64,000 nt of DNA, taken from positions 74,324 to 138,323 of the forward strand of contig SCTY01000010.1 of the NCBI GenBank assembly GCA_004297625.1, written 5' to 3'. The notes beneath the pieces were generated by a model. It saw nothing but the letters and a program-made list of their open reading frames with translations. It was not told where the DNA came from and did no database searches. The translations under genes were made by a program, and so were the position numbers. This DNA comes from Betaproteobacteria bacterium (GTDB lineage: Bacteria; Pseudomonadota; Gammaproteobacteria; Burkholderiales; SG8-39). Below, one piece after another: positions 50,686 through 62,556 of the stretch; position 1 is the stretch's first letter, and every line of letters begins with the position of its first letter.

Positions 50686-50723
50686 ATTTTACCGCGCGGA
50701 TTGCTGCGCCGCGAAGCTATAAT
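50686..50723. promoter_or_regulatory. Divergent mdh/sdhC promoter region
   Basis: TATAAT on the + strand at 50718-50723 and TAAAAT on the - strand at 50686-50691. Confidence 0.5.
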
Positions 50724-50754
50724 CGATTTGCCCGACGCTAGCGCCGGGCGATCA

Positions 50755-51159
50755 ATGTCCAGCGCAGCCGCGAAAAAGAAGCGTCCAAAGTACCTCAGCC
50801 TGCCGGCCATCCTTTATCAGATCCGGCTGCCGCTGCCGGGTCGCGTATCGATCCTGCACCGCATCTCCGGCGCGCTGCTGGTAATGCCGTTCGCCGCCTG
50901 GCTGCTCTACATGCTCGACGCGAGCCTCGCCTCCGAGGCGGGTTTCGAGTCGATCAAGGGCTACCTGGATTTGCCTTTGGTCAAATTGGGCCTGCTGGCT
51001 TTCATCTGGGCGTATTGCCATCATCTTTGCGCCGGTATCCGTTACCTCACGCTTGATCTCAACCGCGGCATCGAGCTGAGACCCGCACGCGCATCGGCCG
51101 CGGCGGTGCTCGTCGTGAGCCTCGCGCTCACCGCGTACTTCGGGTGGAAACTATGGTGA
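50755..51159 (+). CDS. sdhC: Succinate dehydrogenase cytochrome b556 subunit
   Basis: [15 protein letters not shown] and [10 protein letters not shown]. Confidence 0.94.
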   Translation: MSSAAAKKKRPKYLSLPAILYQIRLPLPGRVSILHRISGALLVMPFAAWLLYMLDASLASEAGFESIKGYLDLPLVKLGLLAFIWAYCHHLCAGIRYLTLDLNRGIELRPARASAAAVLVVSLALTAYFGWKLW

Positions 51160-51497
51160 AGCGCCTGGTCGTCGGCGCGCATTACGGGCTGCGCGACTGG
51201 CTAGCGCAGCGCATCACCGCGCTCATCATGGCGCTCTACAGCATCGTCATCGGCGTGGTGCTGATCACCGGCGTGCCGGTGAGCTACGCGGTGTGGAAGG
51301 ATTTCTTCGCGCAGGGCTGGGTGCGCATCGCGACGCTCATCTTCGCCGCGAGCCTCGCCTGGCACGCGTGGGTGGGGGCGCGCGACATCCTCATGGACTA
51401 CATCAAGCACGACGGCCTGCGGCTTGCGCTCGAGGTGGTCACGGTGCTGCTGCTCGCTACCTACCTCGGCTGGGCGATCGAGATCCTTTGGCGATGA
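51153..51497 (+). CDS. sdhD: Succinate dehydrogenase hydrophobic anchor subunit
   Basis: [16 protein letters not shown] and [13 protein letters not shown]. Confidence 0.94.
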   Translation: MVKRLVVGAHYGLRDWLAQRITALIMALYSIVIGVVLITGVPVSYAVWKDFFAQGWVRIATLIFAASLAWHAWVGARDILMDYIKHDGLRLALEVVTVLLLATYLGWAIEILWR

Positions 51498-53263
51498 TTC
51501 CCGTACGCAGATTCGACGCGATCGTAGTGGGCGCCGGCGGGGCCGGCATGCGCGCCGCGCTGGAGCTCGCGCGCGCCAACCTGCGCGTGGCGGTGCTCTC
51601 CAAGGTTTTTCCGACGCGCTCGCACACCGTGGCCGCGCAGGGCGGCATCGCCGCGCCGCTCGCCAACTCCACCGAGGACAACTGGCACTGGCACATGTAC
51701 GACACGGTCAAGGGGTCCGATTACCTCGGCGACCAGGACGCGATCGAATACATGTGCCGGCGCGCGGTCGAAGTGGTGGTCGAGCTCGAGCACATGGGCA
51801 TGCCGTTCGACCGGCTGGAGAACGGCAAGATTTACCAGCGGCCCTTCGGCGGCCACACGCAGTCCTACGGCAGCGCGAAGATGGCGATGCGCGCGTGCGC
51901 GGCGGCCGACCGCACCGGCCATGCGATGCTGCACACGCTCTACCAGCAGAACGTGCGCGCGAACACCCAGTTCTTCGTCGAGTGGATGGCGCTCGACCTG
52001 ATCCGCGACCCGCAGGACGGCGCCGTGGTCGGCGTCACCGCGCTCGAGATGGAAACCGGCGAATTGCACGTGCTGCAGGGCAAGGCGGTGCTGCTCGCCA
52101 CCGGCGGCTCCGGGCGCATGTTCTTCAGCTCCACCAATGCCTTCATCAACACCGGCGACGGGCTGGGCATGGCGGCGCGCGCCGGACTGCCGCTCGAGGA
52201 CATGGAGTTCTACCAGTTCCACCCGACCGGGGTTTACGGCGCGGGCGTGCTCATCACCGAGGGCGTGCGCGGCGAGGGCGGCTATCTCCTCAACAAGGAC
52301 GGCGAGCGCTTCATGGAGCGCTACGCGCCCAACGCGAAGGATCTCGCCAGCCGCGACGTGGTGTCGCGCGCCATGACCACCGAGATCAAGGAAGGCCGCG
52401 GCGCCGGCCCCCACGCCGACCACGTGCTGCTCAAGCTCGACCACCTCGGACCCGAGATCATCAACCAGCGCCTGCCGGGGATCCGCGAGATTTCGATCAA
52501 GTTCGCGAACGTGGATCCGGTCCGCGAGCCGATCCCCGTGGTCCCTACCGCGCACTACCAGATGGGCGGCATCCCGGCCAACTACCTGGGACAGGTGGTC
52601 GCCCCCGAGGGCGCGAGCAAGGAGGCGATCGTGCCCGGCCTCTACGCGGCCGGCGAATGCTCCTGCGTCTCGGTACACGGCGGCAACCGCCTCGGCTGCA
52701 ACTCGCTGCTCGATCTCGTGGTGTTCGGACGCTCCTCCGGGGAGCAGATGGCGAAGGACATCCGCGCGCTGCCGCGGCCGCAGCGCAACCTGCCGAAGGA
52801 TGCCGGCGAGCAGACGCGTGCGCGCCTTGCGCGCCTCGACGGCGCGACTTCGGGCGAGCGCGTGGCGGAGGTGCTGAACGACCTGCGCCGCACGATGCAG
52901 GCGCATTGCGGCGTATTCCGTTTCCCCGACGATCTCGCCGAAGGCGTGAGAAAGATGAAAGCCATCGCCGAAAGGGCGGGGCGCACCTTCATCGCCGACA
53001 AGTCCAAGGTGTTCAACACGGCGCGGATCGAGGCGCTCGAGCTCGACAACCTGGTCGAGGCGGCGACGGCTGTCGTCGTGTCGGCCGAGGCGAGAAAGGA
53101 AAGCCGCGGCGCGCAGGCGCGCAGCGATTTCCCGGAACGCGACGACCAGAGCTGGATGAAGCACACGCTCTGGTTCAAGGAAGGCAACCGCCTGGACTAC
53201 AAGCCGGTGCACTTGAAGCCCCTGTCGGTGGACACGATCGAGCCCAAGGCGAGGACCTACTAG
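51494..53263 (+). CDS. sdhA: Succinate dehydrogenase flavoprotein subunit
   Basis: [16 protein letters not shown] (FAD His), QFHPTG and HGGNRLG. Confidence 0.97.
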   Translation: MIPVRRFDAIVVGAGGAGMRAALELARANLRVAVLSKVFPTRSHTVAAQGGIAAPLANSTEDNWHWHMYDTVKGSDYLGDQDAIEYMCRRAVEVVVELEHMGMPFDRLENGKIYQRPFGGHTQSYGSAKMAMRACAAADRTGHAMLHTLYQQNVRANTQFFVEWMALDLIRDPQDGAVVGVTALEMETGELHVLQGKAVLLATGGSGRMFFSSTNAFINTGDGLGMAARAGLPLEDMEFYQFHPTGVYGAGVLITEGVRGEGGYLLNKDGERFMERYAPNAKDLASRDVVSRAMTTEIKEGRGAGPHADHVLLKLDHLGPEIINQRLPGIREISIKFANVDPVREPIPVVPTAHYQMGGIPANYLGQVVAPEGASKEAIVPGLYAAGECSCVSVHGGNRLGCNSLLDLVVFGRSSGEQMAKDIRALPRPQRNLPKDAGEQTRARLARLDGATSGERVAEVLNDLRRTMQAHCGVFRFPDDLAEGVRKMKAIAERAGRTFIADKSKVFNTARIEALELDNLVEAATAVVVSAEARKESRGAQARSDFPERDDQSWMKHTLWFKEGNRLDYKPVHLKPLSVDTIEPKARTY

Positions 53264-53265
53264 AG

Positions 53266-53961
53266 ATGAAGCTGAGCATCTACCGCTACGACCCGGACAA
53301 GGACGCAAGACCGTACATGCAGGACTACGAGGTGAAGCTCGAGCCGAGCGACCGGATGCTGCTCGACGCGCTGGTGAAGGCGAAAGCGCAGGACGACACG
53401 CTCGCCTTCCGCCGCTCCTGCCGCGAGGGCGTGTGCGGCTCGGATGCCTTCAACATCAACGGCAAGAACCAGCTCGCGTGCATCACCAAGCTCGCCGATC
53501 TGCCCGAGCACGTGAGCGTGCGCCCGCTGCCCGGCCTGCCGGTGATCCGCGACCTCATAGTCGACATGACGCAGTTTTTCAAGCAATACCACTCGATCAA
53601 GCCGTACGTGATCAACAACGATCCGCCGCCCGAGCGCGAGCGGCTGCAGTCGCCGGAGGAGCGCGAGGAGCTGAACGGCCTCTATGAGTGCATTCTTTGC
53701 GCTTGCTGCTCGACTGCCTGCCCGTCCTTCTGGTGGAATCCGGATAAGTTCGTCGGGCCGGCGGGGCTGCTGCAGGCGTACCGTTTCCTCGCCGACTCGC
53801 GCGACCAGGCGGCGAGCGAGCGCCTGGACAATCTCGAGGATCCGTACCGCTTGTTCCGCTGCCACACCATCATGAACTGCGTGGACGTCTGTCCCAAGGG
53901 CCTCAATCCCACCAAGGCCATCAACAACATCAAGGAAATGCTGGTCAAGCGCGCGGTTTGA
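53266..53961 (+). CDS. sdhB: Succinate dehydrogenase iron-sulfur subunit
   Basis: SCREGVCGSD, CILCACCSTACP and CHTIMNCVDVCP. Confidence 0.97.
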   Translation: MKLSIYRYDPDKDARPYMQDYEVKLEPSDRMLLDALVKAKAQDDTLAFRRSCREGVCGSDAFNINGKNQLACITKLADLPEHVSVRPLPGLPVIRDLIVDMTQFFKQYHSIKPYVINNDPPPERERLQSPEEREELNGLYECILCACCSTACPSFWWNPDKFVGPAGLLQAYRFLADSRDQAASERLDNLEDPYRLFRCHTIMNCVDVCPKGLNPTKAINNIKEMLVKRAV

Positions 53962-54182
53962 TGAACCGGGTCGAGAAACAGAAGCTGAAGTGGAAATGCC
54001 GCCGGGGCCTGCTCGAGCTCGACCTGGTGCTGGAAAAATATCTCGACAAATACCCGGAAGACGCGGAGCTGCTGCCGCTGCTCGAGCTTCCCGACAACGA
54101 GCTGTGGGACATCGTGGCCGGGCGCACCGATGATTACGATCCCCGCTTGAGTGCTATCGTGGCGCGACTACGCGCCATTTAG
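53961..54182 (+). CDS. sdhE: Succinate dehydrogenase assembly factor
   Basis: [14 protein letters not shown] and [10 protein letters not shown]. Confidence 0.9.
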   Translation: MNRVEKQKLKWKCRRGLLELDLVLEKYLDKYPEDAELLPLLELPDNELWDIVAGRTDDYDPRLSAIVARLRAI

Positions 54183-54196
54183 GAAGGAATCCTGCC

Positions 54197-55489
54197 ATGG
54201 CTGAAAAAACCGCGACCCTCAAGCTCCCCGACGGGAAGACCATCGACTTCCCGGTGCACGCCGGCAGCACCGGGCCCGATGTGGTCGACATCCGTGCGCT
54301 GTACGGAAAGACCGGGCTGTTCACCTACGATCCGGGCTTCCTGTCGACCGCGAGCTGCAGCTCGTCGATCACCTACATCGACGGCGACGCGGGCGTGCTG
54401 CTCTACCGCGGCTATCCGATCGAGCAGCTCGCGCAGCACTGCGACTTCCTGGAGGTGTGCTACCTGCTGCTGCACGGCGAGCTGCCGAACCGCAAGCAGA
54501 AGGAAGAGTTCGACGGCATCGTCACGCACCACACGATGGTGCACGAGCAGCTTGCGCGCCTGTACCAGGGGTTCCGGCGCGACGCGCATCCGATGGCGGT
54601 GATGGTCGGCGTGGTCGGCGCGCTCTCGGCCTTCTACCACGACGCGCTCGACATCAACGACCCGGCGCACCGCACCATCTCGGCGTTCCGCCTCATCGCG
54701 AAGATGCCGACCATCGTATCCATGTCGTACAAGTACTCCATCGGCCAGCCGTTCATGTATCCGCGCAACGACCTCTCGTACACCGCGAACTTCATGCGCA
54801 TGATGTTCGGCGTGCCGACCGAGGAGTACAAGGTGAACAAGGTGCTGGTGCGCGCGCTCGACCGCATCTTCATCCTGCACGCCGACCACGAGCAGAACGC
54901 GTCCACCTCCACGGTGCGGCTGGCGGGCTCCTCCGGCGCCAACCCCTACGCCTGCATCGCCGCGGGCATCGCCTGCCTGTGGGGACCCGCGCACGGCGGC
55001 GCCAACGAAGCCTGCCTCGAGATGCTCGAGGAGATCGGCGACGTTTCCAAGGTGGGAGAGTTCATCGGCAAGGTGAAGGACAAGAATTCGGGCGTGCGCC
55101 TGATGGGCTTCGGCCACCGCGTCTACAAGAATTACGACCCGCGCGCGAAGCTCATGCGCGAGACCTGCCACGAGGTGCTGAACGAGCTCGGCCTGCACAA
55201 CGACCGGCTCTTCAAGCTGGCGCTGGCCCTGGAGAAGATCGCGCTGGAAGATGATTATTTTGTAAGTAGAAAATTGTATCCAAACGTCGACTTCTATTCC
55301 GGCATCGTGCAGCGCGCGCTCGGCATCCCGGTCGCCATGTTCACGTGCATCTTCTCGCTCGCGCGCACCGCCGGCTGGATCGCGCAGTGGCAGGAAATGA
55401 TCACCGATCCGGAGTACAAGATCGGCCGCCCGCGCCAGCTTTACAAGGGCGCGACCGAGCGCGACGTGAAGCCTATCGACAAGAGGTAA
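54197..55489 (+). CDS. gltA: Citrate synthase (type II)
   Basis: [27 protein letters not shown] and YPNVDFYSG. Confidence 0.97.
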   Translation: MAEKTATLKLPDGKTIDFPVHAGSTGPDVVDIRALYGKTGLFTYDPGFLSTASCSSSITYIDGDAGVLLYRGYPIEQLAQHCDFLEVCYLLLHGELPNRKQKEEFDGIVTHHTMVHEQLARLYQGFRRDAHPMAVMVGVVGALSAFYHDALDINDPAHRTISAFRLIAKMPTIVSMSYKYSIGQPFMYPRNDLSYTANFMRMMFGVPTEEYKVNKVLVRALDRIFILHADHEQNASTSTVRLAGSSGANPYACIAAGIACLWGPAHGGANEACLEMLEEIGDVSKVGEFIGKVKDKNSGVRLMGFGHRVYKNYDPRAKLMRETCHEVLNELGLHNDRLFKLALALEKIALEDDYFVSRKLYPNVDFYSGIVQRALGIPVAMFTCIFSLARTAGWIAQWQEMITDPEYKIGRPRQLYKGATERDVKPIDKR

Positions 55490-55496
55490 CGCGCGC

Positions 55497-58325
55497 ATGA
55501 TGAAGGACTTCCAGGTCAGCTCGTACTTGTTCGGCGGCAATGCGCCGTTCATCGAGGATCTGTACGAGCGCTACCTCGTCAATCCGACGGCCGTGCCGGA
55601 GGAATGGCGCGAGTACTTCGACCGCATGCAAGTCATGCCCGGCGCCGCCGTGAAGGACGTGGCGCACGCGCCGGTGGTGCAGGCCTTCGTCGAGCGCGCG
55701 AAAGCGGGTCGCTTCACCAGTGAAAGAACCTTCCCCGTTGAGCCGGTCGCGCCCGAGCGGCTGCAGGTCGCGGCGCTGCTCTTGGTGACTTCCTACAGGA
55801 TCGCCGGGTCGCGCTGGGCGACGCTCGACCCGCTGAAGCGCATGCCGCGCCCGCACGTCCCCGAGCTCGAGCCCGCGTACTACGACCTCTCGGAAGCCGA
55901 CCTCGAGCACGTCGTGAACGCGGGCTCCTTCGTGGGGCTGGACAGGTGTTCCCTGCGAACGCTTCTTCAGGCGCTGCGCGACACGTACTGCCGCAACATC
56001 GGCTTCGAGTACATGTTCATCTCGGACCGGGCACAGCGCCTGTGGATCCAGGAGCGCGTCGAGCCGGTGCGCGGCCTGCTGCAGCTCGGCGCGGATCAGC
56101 AGCAGCGCCTGCTCGAGAAATTGACCGAGGCCGAGCACCTCGAGCGCTACCTGCACACCAAGTACGTGGGCCAGAAGCGCTTCTCGCTCGAAGGCGGCGA
56201 GAGCCTGATTCCGTGCATCGATGACCTCATCCAGCGCGCCGCAGCCAAGGGCGTGCAGGAGATCGTGATCGGCATGGCGCACCGCGGGCGCCTCAACGTG
56301 CTCGTCAACGTGCTCGGCAAGATGCCGGCGGATCTGTTCCTCGAGTTCGAGGGCAAGCACGGCCACGAGCTGCCCTCGGGCGACGTCAAGTACCACAACG
56401 GCTTTTCTTCGGATATTTCGACACCGGGCGGCCCGGTGCACCTGTCGCTCGCCTTCAATCCCTCGCATCTCGAGATCGTCAATCCGGTGGTCGAGGGCTC
56501 GGTGCGCGCGCGCCAGCGCCGCCGGGACGATAAAACGGGCGACCAGGTGCTGCCGATCCTCGTGCACGGCGACGCGGCGTTCTCGGGGCAGGGCGTGGTC
56601 ATGGAGACGCTCAACCTTTCCGGCACGCGCGGCTACGGCACCGGCGGCACGGTGCACATCATCGTCAACAACCAGATCGGCTTCACCACCTCGGATCCGC
56701 GCGACGCGCGCTCCACGATCTACTGCACCGACGTGGCGAAGATGGTCGAGGCGCCGATCTTCCACGTGAACGGCGACGACCCGGAGGCGGTGCTGTTCGT
56801 CACGCAGCTCGCGCTCGACTTCCGCCAGAGGTTCCACAAGGACGTGGTGATCGACATCGTCTGCTTCCGCAAGCTCGGCCACAACGAGCAGGACGAGCCG
56901 CTCGTCACGCAGCCGCTGATGTACAAGAAGATCGCGCAGCACCCGGGCGCGCGCAGCGTGTACGCCGAGCGGCTCGTGACCCAGGGCGTCATCGCGCCGC
57001 AGGAGCCGGAGCAGATGATCCGGCAATACCGCGCGACGCTCGACGCCGGCAAGCAGACGGTGAGCCCGGTGCTGTCGAGCTTCAAGAGCAAGTTCGCGGT
57101 GGACTGGGCGCCGTTCCTGAATTCGAAGTGGACCGACGCCGCCGACACGCAAGTGCCGCTCGCCGAATTGCAAAGGCTCGCCGAGCGCGTGACCACGGTC
57201 CCCGAGGGCTTCAAGCTGCATCCCACGGTGGCGCGCGTCATGGAAGCGCGCAGGCAGATGGCCGCCGGCAACGTGCTGGTCGACTGGGGAATGGCGGAGA
57301 CGCTCGCCTACGCGTCTCTGCTCGCCAACGGCTACGACGTGCGCATGTCCGGCCAGGACTCGGGCCGCGGAACCTTCGCGCACCGCCACTCCGTGCTGCA
57401 CGACCAGGAGCGCGAGCGCTGGGACGAAGGCACTTACGTGCCCCTGCAGAACGTCTCCAAGGACCAGGGCGACTTCGTCGTCATCGACTCGGTGCTCTCG
57501 GAGGAGGCGGTGCTCGGCTTCGAGTACGGCTTTTCGACCGCCGAACCGAATGCGCTCGTCATCTGGGAAGCGCAATTCGGCGACTTCGCCAACGGCGCGC
57601 AGGTGGTGATGGACCAGTTCATCAGCTCGGGCGAGAGCAAATGGGGCCGGGTATGCGGGCTGGTCCAGTTCCTGCCGCACGGCTACGAAGGGCAGGGCCC
57701 CGAGCACTCCTCGGCGCGCCTGGAGCGCTACCTGCAGCTCTGCGCCGAGCACAACATCCAGGTCTGCGTGCCGAGCACCGCGGCGCAGGTCTTCCACCTG
57801 CTGCGCCGGCAGATGCTGCGCCCGTTCCGCAAGCCGCTTGTGGTTATGACTCCAAAGTCGCTCTTGAGAAAAAAAGAAGCCTCGTCGCCCATTCACGATC
57901 TCGCGAACGGCTCGTTCCAGACGGTGATCCCCGAGGTGCAAGAGCTCGAGCCCAAGGACGTAAAGCGCGTCATCATGTGCTGCGGCAAGGTCTATTACGA
58001 CCTGCTCGCGAAACGAACCGAGCTGAAGAGGGCCGACGTGGCGATCATCCGCGTCGAGCAGCTCTATCCGTTCCCGCACAAGCAGTTCGAGGCGCAGATG
58101 AAGCGCTACCCGAACGCCCACGAGGCGCTCTGGTGCCAGGAGGAGCCGCAGAACCAGGGCGCGTGGTACCAGACGGCGCATTACTTCCGCGAGAACATGC
58201 GCGAGGACCAGAAACTGCATTACGCCGGCCGCGCCGCCTCGGCCGCGCCGGCCAGCGGCTACGCCGCCCGGCATACCGAGACCCAGAGGGCGCTCCTCGA
58301 GCAGGCTTTCGGCAAGTACCGCTAA
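55497..58325 (+). CDS. sucA: 2-oxoglutarate dehydrogenase E1
   Basis: GMAHRGRLN, HGDAAFSGQG, WEAQFGDF and PHGYEGQGPEHSS. Confidence 0.97.
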   Translation: MMKDFQVSSYLFGGNAPFIEDLYERYLVNPTAVPEEWREYFDRMQVMPGAAVKDVAHAPVVQAFVERAKAGRFTSERTFPVEPVAPERLQVAALLLVTSYRIAGSRWATLDPLKRMPRPHVPELEPAYYDLSEADLEHVVNAGSFVGLDRCSLRTLLQALRDTYCRNIGFEYMFISDRAQRLWIQERVEPVRGLLQLGADQQQRLLEKLTEAEHLERYLHTKYVGQKRFSLEGGESLIPCIDDLIQRAAAKGVQEIVIGMAHRGRLNVLVNVLGKMPADLFLEFEGKHGHELPSGDVKYHNGFSSDISTPGGPVHLSLAFNPSHLEIVNPVVEGSVRARQRRRDDKTGDQVLPILVHGDAAFSGQGVVMETLNLSGTRGYGTGGTVHIIVNNQIGFTTSDPRDARSTIYCTDVAKMVEAPIFHVNGDDPEAVLFVTQLALDFRQRFHKDVVIDIVCFRKLGHNEQDEPLVTQPLMYKKIAQHPGARSVYAERLVTQGVIAPQEPEQMIRQYRATLDAGKQTVSPVLSSFKSKFAVDWAPFLNSKWTDAADTQVPLAELQRLAERVTTVPEGFKLHPTVARVMEARRQMAAGNVLVDWGMAETLAYASLLANGYDVRMSGQDSGRGTFAHRHSVLHDQERERWDEGTYVPLQNVSKDQGDFVVIDSVLSEEAVLGFEYGFSTAEPNALVIWEAQFGDFANGAQVVMDQFISSGESKWGRVCGLVQFLPHGYEGQGPEHSSARLERYLQLCAEHNIQVCVPSTAAQVFHLLRRQMLRPFRKPLVVMTPKSLLRKKEASSPIHDLANGSFQTVIPEVQELEPKDVKRVIMCCGKVYYDLLAKRTELKRADVAIIRVEQLYPFPHKQFEAQMKRYPNAHEALWCQEEPQNQGAWYQTAHYFRENMREDQKLHYAGRAASAAPASGYAARHTETQRALLEQAFGKYR

Positions 58326-58331
58326 GACCCG

Positions 58332-58397
58332 AAATCAGGGACAGACCACGTTTTTCTTGGCTGCGCGCTGAAAAAAAACGTGGTCTGTCCCTGATTT
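58332..58397. repeat. REP-like palindrome (24-bp perfect stem) between sucA and sucB
   Basis: AAATCAGGGACAGACCACGTTTTT-N18-AAAAACGTGGTCTGTCCCTGATTT; shares its core with 42927-42975. Confidence 0.85.
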
Positions 58398-58501
58398 TCT
58401 TGATTTCTAGTAACCTTCGCTCCCCGGCGAGATACTCGCTGGTTTTTCGCAACCCGGGAAAGGTCGAGCCCGAACCGGGGAAAAACTGAACGGGATCAAA
58501 G

Positions 58502-59697
58502 ATGATCATCGAAGTGAAAGTACCGCAGCTTTCGGAGTCGGTCTCGGAGGCGACGCTTCTCGACTGGCACAAGGGGGAAGGGGAAGCCGTCAAGCGCGAC
58601 GAGAACCTGATCGATATCGAGACCGACAAGGTGGTGCTCGAGCTGCCCGCGCCGGCCGACGGCGTCCTCGTCAAGATCATGAAGCAGAGCAAGGACTCGG
58701 TCGGCTCGGGCGACGTCATCGCGCAGATCGACACCGAAGCGCAGGCCGCGGCGCCGGTGAAGAAGGAAGAGAAGCCGCAAGAAAAGCCCAGGGCCGCGCC
58801 CCCGGTGATGCCGGCGGCGCAGAAGCTCGCGGCCGAGAAGGGCATCGACACCGCGAAGACTCTCGGCACCGGGCGCGACGGCCGGGTGACCAAGGGCGAT
58901 GTCCTGGAAGCCGCCGCCAGGACGCCAGCCGCGCAGCCTGCAGCGCCGAGGCCGACGCCGCAGCCAGCCCCCTCGGTGAACCTCGAACCGCTCTTTTCGG
59001 GCCGCCCGGAGCAGCGGGTGCCGATGTCGCGGTTGCGCCAGCGCGTCGCCGAGCGCCTGGTCCAGGCCCAGTCGACCGCCGCCATCCTCACCACGTTCAA
59101 CGAGGTGAACATGGCGCCGGTGATCGAGCTGCGCAAGAAGTACCAGGAGCGCTTCGAGAAGGAGCACGGCGTGCGCCTGGGGTTCATGTCGTTCTTCGTC
59201 AAGGCGTCGGTGCACGCGCTCAAGCGCTACCCGGTGGTGAACGCCTCGATCGACGGCACCGACATCGTCTACCACGGCTACTTCGACATCGGCATCGCGG
59301 TCGCCAGCCCGCGCGGGCTGGTGGTGCCGATCCTGCGCGACGCCGACCGCATGAGCTTCGCCGAGATCGAGAAGAAGATCGGCGATTTCGGCAAGCGCGC
59401 GCAGGACGGCAGGCTCGGCATCGAGGAGCTTACCGGCGGCACGTTCTCCATTTCCAACGGCGGCGTATTCGGCTCGATGCTCTCGACGCCCATCATCAAT
59501 CCGCCACAATCGGCGATCCTCGGCGTGCACCTCACCAAGGACCGGCCGGTGGTCGAAAACGGCCAGATCGTGATCCGGCCGATGAATTACCTGGCGCTCT
59601 CCTACGATCACCGCATCGTCGACGGCCGCGAAGCCGTGCTTTCCCTGGTGGCGATCAAGGAAGCGCTGGAAGATCCGGCACGCCTCATCCTCGAGAT

Positions 59698-59701
<4 letters not shown>
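58502..59701 (+). CDS. sucB: Dihydrolipoamide succinyltransferase E2
   Basis: IETDKV lipoyl motif, [12 protein letters not shown] and SYDHRIVDG. Confidence 0.97.
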
Positions 59702-61113
<1,412 letters not shown>

Positions 61114-61118
61114 ATCGC

Positions 61119-61430
61119 TTGGCGCGCGCGATCGCGGCCGCAGCGCTGCTGCGCGCGGACCCGGAGAAGGAGGTGTTTCTCGGGCTCGAAGCCAACGAGC
61201 AGCGCGTGAAGACGCTCGATCTGAGCCACCACCGCGTCGTGGCCTTCGCCACGCACGGGCTCGTGCCCGGCGACCTGGAGGGGCTCGGCGAGCCGGGGCT
61301 CGCATTGTCCAATCCCGAGCTCGCCGGCGCGCGCGCGCTTCTCGTGTCCAACCGGCCGGTCGAGACCGTGTCGGCGCGGCTTCTCCCGCTCTTCTGGGCG
61401 CCGTTCTCGCTGGTGGGAGACGGCAACTGA
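61119..61430 (+). pseudogene. Internally deleted CHAT (caspase-like) domain remnant
   Basis: FLGLEANEQRVK, FATHGLVPGDL, AGARALLVSN, VETVSA and PLFWAPFSLVGDG are present in frame. The LSAC catalytic-Cys block is absent. Confidence 0.75.
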
Positions 61431-62521
61431 CCGAGCTGAGCGCCCCGGACGTCGTTTCGCTTTACGAGCAGCACCTCGAGAAGCGCGGCTTCGTCGCCGA
61501 CGCGTCGCAATGGCGGGCGGTGGAACGGCTGCAGCGGCTTTACGAGGAGTGGACCGCGTACAAGGCGCGGCGCAACAACGCGCTGAAGCGCCTGGTAGTG
61601 AAGCCGCCTTTGCCCAAGGGCGTGTATCTCTGGGGCGCCGTCGGGCGCGGCAAGAGCTTCCTCATGGACAGCTTCTATCTTTGCCTGCCGCTCGTGCGCA
61701 AGCGCCGCGTTCACTTCCATCATTTCATGCGCGAGATCCACCGCGAGCTCGACGAGCTGAAGGGCACCGAGGACCCGATCGCGGCAGCGGCCGCGCGCAC
61801 CGCGAGGCGCTACCGGCTCATCTGCTTCGACGAGTTCCACGTCTCCGACATCGCCGACGCCATGATCCTCGGCCGCTTCCTCGAGCAGGTGATGGAGCGC
61901 GGCGTCGTGTTCTGCATGACGAGCAACTACGCGCCCGACGAGCTCTATCCCAACGGGCTGCAGCGCGCGCGGTTCGCGCCGGCGATCGAGCTGCTGAAGC
62001 GCCGGCTGGACGTGATCCAGGTGGACAACGGCACGGATTACCGGCGGCTCAAGATGGAGCGCCTCAGGGTCTACCACACCGAGCCGGACCGCGAAGCGCG
62101 GCTCGAGACCATCTTCGAGGAGCTGCGCGACGTGGAGCCCGAGCGCCAGGCGCTCGACGTCGAGGGTCGCACCATCCCTTACCGCAAGCGCGCGGGCGGG
62201 CTGGTGTGGTTCGATTTCCAGGCGCTGTGCGGCAGCGCGCGCTCGTACACCGATTACGTGGACCTCGCGCAACGCTTCCACACGGTGATGCTCTCCGGCG
62301 TGCCGCGCATGTCGCCGAAGAACGCGGACGCCGCGCGCCGCTTCACCTGGCTCGTGGACGTCTTCTACGACGACAAGGTGAACCTCGTCGTCGCGGCCGA
62401 GGACGAGCCCGAGCGCCTGTTCACCGAGGGCGAGCACAGCGCCGAGTTCCAGCGCACGGTGAGCCGGCTGCACGAGATGCAATCGGTGCGCTACCTGCAG
62501 ACCGAGCGCGTTCGGATATGA
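61427..62521 (+). CDS. zapE: Cell division ATPase ZapE (AFG1 family)
   Basis: WGAVGRGKS Walker A, HFHHFM, CFDEFHV and RTVSRLHEMQ. The start is uncertain (CTG 61427 or GTG 61520). Confidence 0.92.
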   Translation: MTELSAPDVVSLYEQHLEKRGFVADASQWRAVERLQRLYEEWTAYKARRNNALKRLVVKPPLPKGVYLWGAVGRGKSFLMDSFYLCLPLVRKRRVHFHHFMREIHRELDELKGTEDPIAAAAARTARRYRLICFDEFHVSDIADAMILGRFLEQVMERGVVFCMTSNYAPDELYPNGLQRARFAPAIELLKRRLDVIQVDNGTDYRRLKMERLRVYHTEPDREARLETIFEELRDVEPERQALDVEGRTIPYRKRAGGLVWFDFQALCGSARSYTDYVDLAQRFHTVMLSGVPRMSPKNADAARRFTWLVDVFYDDKVNLVVAAEDEPERLFTEGEHSAEFQRTVSRLHEMQSVRYLQTERVRI

Positions 62522-62556
62522 TGCCGGTGAACGGCGATACGGACGAGGAACGAGAG

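Noticed and set aside
58421-58481. tRNA gene (cloverleaf-like fold)
   Set aside because: It is too short and has no TTCG T-loop in the right place, no D-loop GG and no CCA. Kept only as a candidate leader RNA.
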